Assembly: GCA_964035575.1 (NCBI GenBank)
Contig: OZ037834.1
Span: 1 to 64,000, forward strand
DNA from: Rhynchopus sp. YZ270_cl-10
Lineage: Eukaryota
Direction: 5' to 3'
DNA length: 64,000 nucleotides
How positions within the stretch are numbered: the stretch's first letter is position 1; every line of letters begins with the position of its first letter. Below the pieces are notes generated by a model that saw only the letters and a program-made list of their open reading frames with translations, did not search any database and was not told where the DNA came from. Positions 1-10,926 of this stretch are shown piece by piece. A program made the position numbers and the translations under genes.

Positions 1-1151
1 TTGCGGGTTTGCGGTTTGCGGGTTTGCGGGTTTGCGGGTTTGCGGGTTTGCGGGTTTGCGGGTTTGCGGGTTTGCGGGTTTGCGGGTTGCGGGTTTGCGG
101 GTTTGCGGGTTTGCGGGTTTGCGGGTTTGCGGGTTTGCGGTTTGCGGGTTTGCGGGTTTGCGGGTTTGCGGGTTTGCGGGTTTGCGGGTTTGCGGGTTTG
201 CGGTTTGCGGGTTGCGGGTTGCGGGGTTTGCGGGTTTGCGGGTTTGCGGGTTTGCGGGTTTGCGGGTTTGCGGGTTTGCGGGTTTGCGGGTTTGCGGTTT
301 GCGGGTTTGCGGGTTTGCGTGCGGGTTTGCGGGTTTTGCGGTTTGCGGGTTTGCGGTTTGCGGTTGCGGTTTGCGGGTTTGCGGGTTTGCGGGTTTGCGG
401 GTTTGCGGTTTGCGGGTTTGCGGGTTTGCGGGTTTGCGGGGTTTGCGGGTTTGCGGGTTTACGGGTTTGCGGGTTTGCGGGTTTGCGGGTTGCGGGTTTG
501 CGGGTTTGCGGGTTTGCGGGTTTGCGGGTTTGCGGGTTTGCGGGTTTGCGGGTTTGCGGGTTTGCGGGTTTGCGGGTTTGCGGGTTTGCGGGTTTGCGGG
601 TTTGCGGGTTTGCGGGTTTGCGGGTTTGCGGGTTTGCGGGTTGCGGTTTGCGGGTTTGCGGGTTTGCGGGTTTGCGGGTTTGCGGGTTTGCGGTTGCGTT
701 TGCGGGTTTGCGGGTTTGCGGGTTTGCGGGTTACGGGTTTGCGGGTTTGCGGGTTTGCGGGTTGCGGGTTTACGGGTTTGCGGGTTTGCGGGTTTGCGGG
801 TTTGCGGGTTTGCGGGTTTGCGGGTTGCGGGTTTGCGGGTTTGCGGGTTTGCGGGTTTGCGGGTTTGCGGGTTTGCGGGTTTGCGGTTTGCGGTTTACGG
901 TTTGCGGGTTTGCGGGTTTGCGGGTTTGCGGTTTGCGGTTTTGCGGGTTTGCGGTTTGCGGGTTTGCGGGTTTGCGGGTTTGCGGGTTTGCGGGTTTGCG
1001 GGTTTGCGGGTTTGCGGGTTTGCGGGTTTGCGGGTTTGCGGGTTTACGGGTTTGCGGGTTTACGGGTTTGCGGGTTTGCGGGTTTGCGGGTTTGCGGGTT
1101 TGCGGGTTTGCGGGTTTGCGGGTTTGCGGGTTTGCGGGTTTGCGGGTTTGC
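1..1151. repeat. Octamer satellite (TTTGCGGG)n, imperfect
   Basis: Tandem TTTGCGGG units with scattered 1-bp indels and TTTACGGG variants; runs off the window start. Confidence 0.97.
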
Positions 1152-1686
1152 GGAGCTGTGGAGCTGTGGAGCTGTGGAGCTGTGGAGCTGTGGAGCTGTG
1201 GAGCTGTGGAGCTGTGGAGCTGTGGAGCTGTGGAGCTGTGGAGCTGTGGAGCTGTGGAGCTGTGGAGCTGTGGAGCTGTGGAGCTGTGGAGCTGTGGAGC
1301 TGTGGAGCTGTGGAGCTGTGGAGCTGTGGAGCTGTGGAGCTGTGGAGCTGTGGAGCTGTGGAGCTGTGGAGCTGTGGAGCTGTGGAGCTGTGGAGCTGTG
1401 GAGCTGTGGAGCTGTGGAGCTGTGGAGCTGTGGAGCTGTGGAGCTGTGGAGCTGTGGAGCTGTGGAGCTGTGGAGCTGTGGAGCTGTGGAGCTGTGGAGC
1501 TGTGGAGCTGTGGAGCTGTGGAGCTGTGGAGCTGTGGAGCTGTGGAGCTGTGGAGCTGTGGAGCTGTGGAGCTGTGGAGCTGTGGAGCTGTGGAGCTGTG
1601 GAGCTGTGGAGCTGTGGAGCTGTGGAGCTGTGGAGCTGTGGAGCTGTGGAGCTGTGGAGCTGTGGAGCTGTGGAGATGTGGAGATG
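1152..1686. repeat. Octamer satellite (GGAGCTGT)n
   Basis: Perfect tandem GGAGCTGT directly abutting the TTTGCGGG array and ending in two GGAGATGT variants. Confidence 0.97.
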
Positions 1687-1715
1687 TATATTATTGCAAG
1701 GGGAAAAAAAAAGAA

Positions 1716-4630
1716 ATTTGGTGACGGGCTAAAAAACCTGTCGTTCTTGTGTGACACTACCATGGAAACGTGATAACCTCTCTTTTTGTTTTTTTTTTGA
1801 AAACTTGGAAAAATCACGTGTCACAACAGAATATATCCACGACACGCCCAGCTTACTTAATACCATTCACACCCCATTTAGCGGTCTACGTTGAGATGTC
1901 CTACTCCCGCTACCGCTCATCAGTCAACGAAATGGGTATCATTGCAAAGTGACTCGGGGTATTCTCCCTGCCTCACAATGTGGGAAAGGCTTTTGTGGAA
2001 GCCAGTTCCATCTGGGGCTAATACAGGTGGGGTTTTTTGTTCACTCAGTACCTCACGCACTGGGCAGGTGGTCCGCTATTCGCTTCCCACGAGGCGCTCG
2101 CGTGCGCGCTTCGCGCGCCCGCTCGCGGTAACGCAAACATAAAACCTCTCTGGTGACATTTTTACACTTTTCGGCGTTCCTTGCTCACCAGACGCACGCT
2201 GCCTCTCTGAGTTCTGAACACTTTTTCGCCTGCTGTAATTGAGTAGTTGCCGGACAACAAACGGCCCCTGCGCTCCTGTCGGAAATGTCCCACTGTACGT
2301 CTCGTGAGTACATCACTGCGTCGGGACGAGCATTTTCCTGTGGCCCTGGCCAACGCCCTTACCGGGCAGTCTTGCTCACGACGGATATGTTTCCACGCAG
2401 GTCGAGCAGGCTGATAACCCTGCACGTACGACAAGGCAGGCACGTCGGCTTTGCGGGTTTGCTACACGGCAGGCAGCGCCGCCAGTACCCCGTTGGCGCA
2501 AACAATATGTACTCTGCAGCGTCGTGCCCTATTAACCTCCTCCGTAAAGCTCATGTTTGTGACAATCCTCCCCCTTATTCTTCCGCAGCACCTGAATAAA
2601 ACGCGAAATTTCATACTACACACACAACGTTTTACAGCACTCCTGCAGTGTCATTTTCCTGATATTTTTTGATTTTCCATTCTATGTGTTCATTTTCTTT
2701 CCATTGCGACCAATCTCCGTATGATTCACACTGTACATATTTCTTCATTCACACACGTGCGTAAAAAGTCGAAAATTTTTGGTTTTTGTGGTAAATGCCA
2801 GCTGGTCTGAAGAGTGATCTGACTATATTCTCCAGGTATAACTGGTACTCAAAAAATGCATTAACGAAGGAATCGTGCACTTTTGACCACCACACATTAC
2901 ATGTGTTTTTTCAGGTTTTTCAAGGCAAAAATGCTGATTTTGGCATAATGCCAAGTGTCATTTACTAAAGCAATTTGGTGACGGGCTAAAAAACCTGTCG
3001 TTCTTGTGTGACACTACCATGGAAACGTGATAACCTCACTTTTTTGTTTTTTTTTGTTTGAAAACTTGGAAAAATCACGTGTCGCAACACAATATATTCA
3101 CTACACATCCAGCTTACTTAATACCATTCACACCCCATTTGGCGGTCTACGTTGAGATGTCCTACTCCCGCTACCGCTCATCAGTCAACGAAACGGGTAT
3201 CATTGCAACACAAGCGAGCAACTCCTTGTGCTAAGGAAGTGACGCGGGGTATTCTCCCTGCCTCACAATGTGGGAAAGGCTTTTGTGGAAGCCAGTTCCA
3301 TCTGGGGCCAATACAGGTGGGGTTTTATTTTTACTCAGTCCCTCACGCACTGGGCAGGTGGTCCGCTACTCGCTTCCCACGAGGCGCTCGCGTGCGCGCT
3401 TCGCGCGCCCGCTCGCGGTAACGCGAACATAAAGCCTCTCTGGTGACATTTTTACACGTTTCGGCGTTCCTTGCTCACCAGACACACTCTGCCTCTCTGA
3501 GTTCTGAACAATTTTTCGCCTGATGTGATTGAGTAGTTGCGGCGGAAGTTCCACGAACGAGTCAAACATGGGGTTGTTCAGGTCCAGGACAACAAAAGGC
3601 CCCCAAGTCCCTACGCGCCTGTCGGAAATGTCCCACTGTCCGTCTCGTGAGTACATCACTGCGTCGGGACGAGCACTTTCCCGTGGCCCTGGCCAACGCC
3701 CTTACCGGCAGTCTTGCTCACGACGCAGGTCGAGCAGGCTGATAACCCTCCACGTACTACAAGGCAAGCACGTCGCATTTTCAGGTTTGCGACAAGGAAG
3801 GCAGCGCCGCCAGTACCCCGTTGGCGCAAACAATATGTACTCTGCAGCGTCGCGCCCTATTGGCCTCCTCCGTAAAGCTCATGTTTGCGACAATCCTCCG
3901 CCTGAGTTTTCCGCAGCACCTGAATAAAGCATGAAATTTCATCCTACACTCCCCACATCTTACAGCACTCCTGCAGTGTCATTGTCAGGGTATTTATTGA
4001 TTTTCCATTCTATGTGTTCATTTTCTTTCCATTGCGACCAATCTCGGTATGATTCACGTTGTAGATATTTCTTCATGCACACACGTGCGTAAAAAGTCGA
4101 AAATTTTTGTAAATTTTTGTGTTGCTTGCTATTTTTTTTTCCGCCTCAATATCCCCAAACTACACGATGTACCCAAGTCACTTTCTGATGAGCAACTATT
4201 TCTTTAAAAAAATAGATTTTTTGGTCAAATCCCACCTGTGGTGAGGGGGTGTGTGGGTGGGTAGTGTGTGTGGGTGTGTGGGTGGCGCACAGCCTAAAGT
4301 AAAAACTAAAAAACTAAGGTTTTTTAGGATTTATATCTGAACTGGAGTGTGCGTACTGGGCAGTTTCACTACCCAGTACACACACTCCTGTTAGCTGAAC
4401 TGGCTTTTCAGGCGAAAAGTGGCCTGTTGGAAAAGTGGTGTTTTTGTGGTAAACGCCAGCTGGTCTGAAGAGTGATCTGACTATATTCTCCAGGTATAAC
4501 TGTCAAAAAATGCATTAACGAAGGAATCGTGCACTTTTGACCACCACACATTACATGTGTTTTTTCAGGTTTTTCAAGGCAAAAATGCTGATTTTGGCAT
4601 AATGCCAAGTGTCATTTACTAAAGCAATTT
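1716..4630. repeat. Diverged tandem duplication (unit 1 ~1716-2971, unit 2 ~2972-4630)
   Basis: Both units begin AATTTGGTGACGGGCTAAAAAACCTGTCG and end GCCAAGTGTCATT(T)TACTAAAGCAATTT. Unit 2 has extra segments (e.g. ~4107-4437). The interior is GC-rich and coding-like but interrupted by stops. Confidence 0.9.
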
Positions 4631-5371
4631 AATGCCTGACGATATAGTCAACGGTGCGATAAGGCACCGTGAGCCCCACCCTGCGTACCCTTCTGACATT
4701 TTCCACGGAACAGGATGTGCCGGACTCCACGGGTACGCTTCGTATGCGAGGAAGGCAAGCCCAGCGTCAGCACCAGCCTTGAAATTGGATATAAGTGCAG
4801 GACGCATGATGTTCGTCATAAAGGCGGGGCTCGTGCTGACGTCTGGGTGGTGTGCCTTCGCCAGGTTGGCAACAGACATCATCAGCTGCTCAGGCACCTT
4901 CAGGTACTCCAGCACCGCCGTGTCCACGTTGCCAAGGACGGAGCGCAGGTAGCGTGCCGAGACCGTTTCAATGTCCGCCGTACCACTGTCGAGACACATC
5001 CCGAAGCCCTCGTCACCTGTGTCACGTGCCTTCTCCAGAAGGTCGTCCATGTTGACAGAGTGAAGCCACCGATGATCGCACCTGTCGACAGAATCAGCAC
5101 CACACACAGCAGCACTGTCAGCGACTGGATCCCGCATGTCGCCATTGTTCAGAAGAATGTGCACTCGTACAAAATGGAAAAACCTGCTGGGGATGTGTGG
5201 TGTGGAACAGAGACAGGGGGCAGGCTGACTGTGACCTCGTCGACATCTGTCGTCAAAGAAGTGTTCGTCTTGATGGAGTTGCATCAGCGTGTGTGATGTA
5301 ACGCACGATGATGAGCAGCAGTCCACATGTAGAGATGCAGATGCTGAAGAGAAAGTACGGGGGGACATCAT
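4619..5371 (-). pseudogene. Possible coding remnant, product unknown
   Basis: Long GC-rich open frame (…MDDLLEKARDTGDEGFGMCLDSG…AYEAYPWSPAHPVPW…) whose 3' end runs into the duplicated unit. No motif recognised. Confidence 0.3.
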
Positions 5372-5472
5372 TGTCAGGACCTTGCGGGGAAGTGGGAAAA
5401 GCAAAACAACCTATACATTCTTTCATTTGAGCGACTCTTGTGGAAAAATATCCAAGTATAAAGTGAAGTTAT

Positions 5473-5648
5473 TGATGCAGGACCTCCGACTGACCCATGT
5501 GTGATGCGAGCTCCGATGAAAGAACTACCAACAGAAGGTGTAAAAAAGAAACCTAATGGCTTGCCGTACCGTAAGAGAACGAGGGCGGTACACAACCGCT
5601 AGTCAGCCGGCGGCCCTGAAGAGTTGTGAGCTTACAGATACTCCCGTT
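5473..5648 (-). mobile_element. SINE-like dispersed repeat (non-tRNA head, shared tail)
   Basis: Aligns by eye with 47382-47596; the tail part also matches 36304-36412. Confidence 0.7.
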
Positions 5649-6116
5649 CGCTTCACCCAGCTCTTAGTGAACGATAGTTGAGACAAGAGAGCAAAGGGGG
5701 GATCGCAACATCTCTCTGAGCGTCCTATGCTGTACCGACAGTTGGGCCTCACCCTTTCTCTGAGGAATGGACATGGATGTCCAAACAGTACACCCCAAGG
5801 TGCAGCAGAACCGAAGTCCTGGCCTAACTGTTGTCGCTGTTTAATGCCCCAGGTGCGAGCACCGTCATATCATAGGGAAGCCACGTCCCAGCATTTATAT
5901 ACCCTGCCAGGGTTTAAACTCGCAAAAAGTAGGGGCAGGGACCAGAGGACAAGGGGGGGAGTCGCATACCCAAAAAGACAAAGGCTATGCACTGTTACAG
6001 AAGAGGTAGGGTAAAGAAAAAAGAAAAGCCCCTGAAGGCACAAAACGCCTCGCATACCCTCCTCGCCTGTTCGGTAATCCCTCAGGTCAAGAAATCGATG
6101 CCAGCGCTCAACACCT

Positions 6117-7256
6117 TCAGAGTTTCAGGAGGAAGGGCCTGCTGTTGGAACTGCTGCCACCAAAGCCTTTGGAACTGCTGCAGCGCCTGCTGTTTGAACT
6201 ACTTTTGGACCTGCTGCTGGAAACGCTGTTGTGCCAGCTGTTTGAACTGCTGCTGGAACTGCTGTTGTGTCTGCTGTTGCGCCTGCTGTCTAAACTGCTG
6301 TTTGAACTGCTGTTGGAACTGCTGTTTAAACTGCTGTTGTGCCTGCTGTTTAAACTGCTTTTGGAACTGCTGTTGTGCCTGCTGTTTAATCTGCTGTTTG
6401 AACTGCTGTTGTGTCTGCTGTTGGGAATGCTGTTGGAACTGCTGCCGCCAAAGCCTTTGGAACTGCTGTAGCACTTGCTGTTTGAACTGCTTTTGGACCT
6501 GCTGCTGGAAACGCTGTTGTGCCAGCTGTTTGAACTGCTGCTGGAACTGCTGCTGTGCCTGCTGTTTAAACTGCTGTTGTGTCTGCTGTTTAAACTGCTG
6601 TTTGAACTGCTGTTGGAACTGCTTTTTAAACTGCTGTTGTGCCTGCTGTTTAAACTGCTTTTGGAACTGCTGTTGTGCCTGCTGTTTAATCTGCTTTTGG
6701 AACTGCTGTTGTGTCTGCTGCCGCCAAAGCCTTTGGAACTGCTGTAGCGCCTGCTGTTTGAATTGCTTTTGGACCTGCTGCTGGAAACGCTGTTGTGCCA
6801 GCTGTTTGAACTGCTGCTGGAACTGCTGCTGTGCCTGCTGTTTAAACTGCTGTTTGAACTGCTGTTGGAACTGCTTTTTAAACTGCTGTTGTGCCTGCTG
6901 TTTAATCTGCTTTTGGAACTGCTGTTGTGCCTGCTGTTGGAACTGCTGCTGTCTAAGCCTTTGGAACTGCTGCAGTACCAGCTGTTGGAGACGTTGTAGG
7001 AACCACTGCTGGAGCACCTGTTGGAACTGCTGCTGGTGCTGCTGGTGCTGCTGTTGCTGCTGTTGCTGCTGTTGCTGCTGTTGCTGCTGTTGCTGCTGTT
7101 GCTGCTATTGCCGCTGTTGTTGCTGCTCTTGTTGCTGCTGCAGTTGCAGCTGGTGTAGCATATGTTGTTACTGCTGCTGGTGTAGCACCTGCTGCTGCTG
7201 CTGATGCAGACATGCAGCACCACCCACAATGCCCCCAAAAGGGCCTTCCTCCTCAT
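6117..7256 (-). pseudogene. Low-complexity mucin-like gene or pseudogene built from a 12-bp repeat, copy A
   Basis: ATG at 7256 gives signal-peptide-like MRRKALLGALWVVL. A shifted frame reads MSASAAAAGATPAAVTT…TAVP repeats interrupted by TAA/TAG. Repeat unit ACAGCAGTTCCA. Confidence 0.5.
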
Positions 7257-7428
7257 TTTTAAAAAAGCAAAAACCAAAAAACTAAAACAAAGAAGGACAA
7301 GACACACTACGCCTTGCGCTTCGCCGGCCTGCACCCTCTACCGTTGCCCAGGGACCGCCCCGGATAAAACAAAGGAAAGGGGGAGGGAGGGAGGGTAAAA
7401 AGAAAGCACAAGTGTGTTGTAATGTGTA

Positions 7429-8893
7429 TTAGAATCGGCGGGAAAAAAATATTAGGTTTTTGGGGGTCTATATAGGGTTGCTGTGGGGGTCACATGGCCG
7501 AAAAATGGCCATTTTTGGCCTATTTTTGGCCATTTTTTTAAGGTAAAAAATCCACTTTTTTTTTGTACATCCCCTTGCCCCCGGTAAAATTTACCAAACA
7601 TATGGCCCTGTTGGACATACTGGGCCCATGAGTCGGTCGCTGGATCACCAAACTAGTTGCCCTATTTGCTAAAATCATGTTTTCAGGGTCAAAAATAGGG
7701 TGTTTTTTAGGGTCAAAAATAGGGTGTTTTTCAGGGGTATGTTAACCACGTATGTGTCTTAGGGACCAAATTTTCCAGGAATGTGAACCAATCGGGTCGC
7801 AATGGGTCCAGGGGGCCCGGAGGGCCCCCATGCAGGTAAAATTTGCAACAATCCTGGGCAATGCTGGGGGCCGATAGGGTGTGCCTATACACGTGTTTTT
7901 ACGTGTTTTTGGGCACTTTTCAGGATTTTCGAAAAATTTTGCAACACCAAAATCAAAAATTTCGGTCTAGGAGGCCCATATCTGGAAAAAATCGATATTC
8001 CAATGGCCTCATTGGGACATATTAGGCCCAGGACCCTATTTTCAGGTCCCAGGAAAAGCCAAACCAATAAAAAAAATAGCTCATGGGACCCCCAAAAATA
8101 GGCGAAAAACAGCCATTTTTAGGGTGTTTTTTAGGGGTATTTTTACATACACAAATTGTTTACCATAGCACACCCCCAGGCTGCCTCAAAATTTTATCTT
8201 TATTTGATTTTTCCAACCCACATAGGGGTATTGGAGGCACAACATTCACCAAGCCTGGGGAATTTGGCACTGCACACACACAACTGAAAAAGGCAAAAAT
8301 CACCTGTTTTTCAAGGTGTCGCAGGGTAAATGTTGTTCCTTAAAAACCAATTTTTTTCTAAAAAATCGGCCCTGCGGGTGAAAAAACGACACTATGGGGG
8401 GTATTCCAGGGTGTGAGGGCCCCAAAAATCCGGTTTAAGACCACGAGAGGGTCCGAATACACATCTGAGAAGGTCCCGGGGAGTAAAAAAATGGCCATTT
8501 TTGGGGGGTCAAAATCTCACTTTTTGGGGGGATGTTTGTATACCCAGCACCGACCCACTAGCTGGGATGCCCAACTTTTCACGAATATGGGGGCCCGTAG
8601 GGCCCCCGGGGCCCAGGGGGCCCAAAATATCGTGTTGCAGATGCCAGGAGAACATGTTTCAATATTTTGGATACATTTTTCCATAGGGTCATTTTCAAAA
8701 GCACTGATTTTAGGGGTATTGAGCGAGGTACCCATACCCATGGGTTATCCTATATATTAGTTTTCACTCGGATGTGAAAAAACGATGCCGCAATGGATTC
8801 AGGGGGCCCAAATAGGGTATATGGCCCAGGAAATTTTCAAAAAGTTAACCCAACCAGGTATACAGGCATACAAGCCGGTAGGTCAACAGATAT
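7429..8893. other. Non-coding A/T-tract-rich insert separating the duplicated mucin-like copies (probable TE-derived DNA)
   Basis: Sharp junctions with the duplicated blocks on both sides; composition resembles the interiors of other elements here; no TIR/TSD resolved. Confidence 0.4.
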
Positions 8894-9731
8894 TGTTTGA
8901 ACTGCTTTTGGACCTGCTGCTGGAAACGCTGTTGTGCCAGCTGTTTGAACTGCTGCTGGAACTGCTGCTGTGCCTGCTGTTTAAACTGCTGTTGTGTCTG
9001 CTGTTTAAACTGCTGTTTGAACTGCTGTTGGAACTGCTTTTTAAACTGCTGTTGTGCCTGCTGTTTAAACTGCTTTTGGAACTGCTGTTGTGCCTGCTGT
9101 TTAATCTGCTTTTGGAACTGCTGTTGTGTCTGCTGCCGCCAAAGCCTTTGGAACTGCTGTAGCGCCTGCTGTTTGAATTGCTTTTGGACATGCTGCTGGA
9201 AACGCTGTTGTGCCAGCTGTTTGAACTGCTGCTGGAACTGCTGCTGTGCCTGCTGTTTAAACTGCTGTTTGAACTGCTGTTGGAACTGCTTTTTAAACTG
9301 CTGTTGTGCCTGCTGTTTAATCTGCTTTTGGAACTGCTGTTGTGCCTGCTGTTGGAACTGCTGCTGCCAAAGCCTTTGGGACTGCTGTTGTGCCTGCTGT
9401 TGGAACTGCTGCTGTCTAAGCCTTTGGAACTGCTGTTGTGCCTGCTGCTGTCTAAGCCTTTGGAGCTGCTGTTGGAACTGCTGCAGTACCAGCTGTTGGA
9501 AACGTTGTAGGAACCACTGCTGGAGCACCTGTTGGAACTGCTGCTGGTGCTGCTGTTGCTGCTGTTGCTGCTGTTGCTGCTATTGCCGCTGTTGTTGCTG
9601 CTCTTGTTGCTGCTGCAGTTGCAGCTGGTGTAGCATATGTTGTTACTGCTGCTGGTGTAGCACCTGCTGCTGCTGCTGATGCAGACATGCAGAACCACCC
9701 ACAATGCCCCCAAAAGGGCCTTCCTCCTCAT
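8894..9731 (-). pseudogene. Mucin-like gene or pseudogene copy B (3'-truncated)
   Basis: Near-identical to 6479-7256. Its upstream flank to ~10856 matches 7257-7428 apart from deletions in copy A (the main one between GGGAGGGAGG repeats). Confidence 0.5.
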
Positions 9732-10926
9732 TTTTAAAAAAGCAAAAACCAAAAAACTAAAACAAAGAAGGACAAGACACACTACGCCTTGCGCTTCGCC
9801 GGCCTGCACCCTCTACCGTTGCCCAGGGACCGCCCCGTGGAGGCGTACAAGGCTCACAATAAAACAAAGGAAAGGGGGAGGGAGGGAGGTTTTTGGTTCT
9901 TTTCATCCTTTGGGGTTTGCCCCCCCTTTCCCCCCTTTCCGCCCCCCTTCCTATTTGTTAATATTTTTGGTTGGCTGCTGGCTAGGACGGGTCTACCCCA
10001 GCGACGGCCCTTACCCCTTGGACGAGGCTCTGAGGGTAGAGGGCAGTCTCGGAGTAAGACCTGTCTAAGAGCCAGGCCAGTGGCATCAGGAGCCATTGGG
10101 CCACTTTTATAGATTGTGCAGTAGAGTAGAGTTTGTACAGAACTCTCAGAACTCTTGTGAGTTCCTTTTTTCACTCCTTTAGTTTTTCATTTTTACCTTG
10201 TGAAGGTCAATTTAAATTTTTCATTTTTCAAAACCACCACAGGTAAGCACGAGACCCACCATTGTTGTTGTTGATTTTGTTGTGCGTTATTGTTGTTTTC
10301 CCCTTTGGGTGTCAGTCAGTCGGGTCAGGTCACACTTACTGAAGTTCTCAAAAATTTTCACCAAAAAGAAAACTACTAAAAAGATTATGGAACTTCCTTT
10401 TTATTTGTTTGTGTGTTACAGAGGAAACGGCTCACTCAATCCCCTCCTTCTCCTCCCCTCCCCTCCCCAAGACAAAGCAAAATAAAACTACACCGGTAGA
10501 CAGAGCAACCCTCCCGTCCCATCCCCTCCCCTTTTCCTTTTGGGAAAAATTGCACTCACATACGACCCTTTTGCTTATTTGCAGGGAAGTGTTGGTTGTA
10601 GTTGTCCCAGATGCTTTCTATTTTAGTGCCACTAACTGTGTTTTCAGGCACTGTCTTGCCAGTACAATAGTAAAGTGCCCTTGTCTGGACATCTAGCTGT
10701 TTACATACTCGCTTGACTAGTAAGTACCCCCTCTGTCACTGGATGTAGATAAAAAAAAGCGAGCCTAGGGCTAAGTTGAACAACACCAAAAAAAAAAAAA
10801 AAAAAAAAAAAAGGGAGGGAGGGTAAAAAGAAAGCACAAGTGTGTTGTAATGTGTAAAAAAATGGTCCCCTGTAAAAAAATGGTCCCCTGTAAAAAAATG
10901 CTAGCATGCTTCCCAGCACAGATACG

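Noticed and set aside
1..1151. Telomere (TTTGCGGG resembles G-rich telomeric repeats)
   Set aside because: A left chromosome end should show the C-rich strand on plus; here it is G-rich and fused to another satellite.
6117..7213. TAA reassigned to Gln (CAA/TAA alternate in the TAVP frame)
   Set aside because: The conserved genes in the window (GH, ABC, PDI-C) terminate with TAA and have no in-frame stops.
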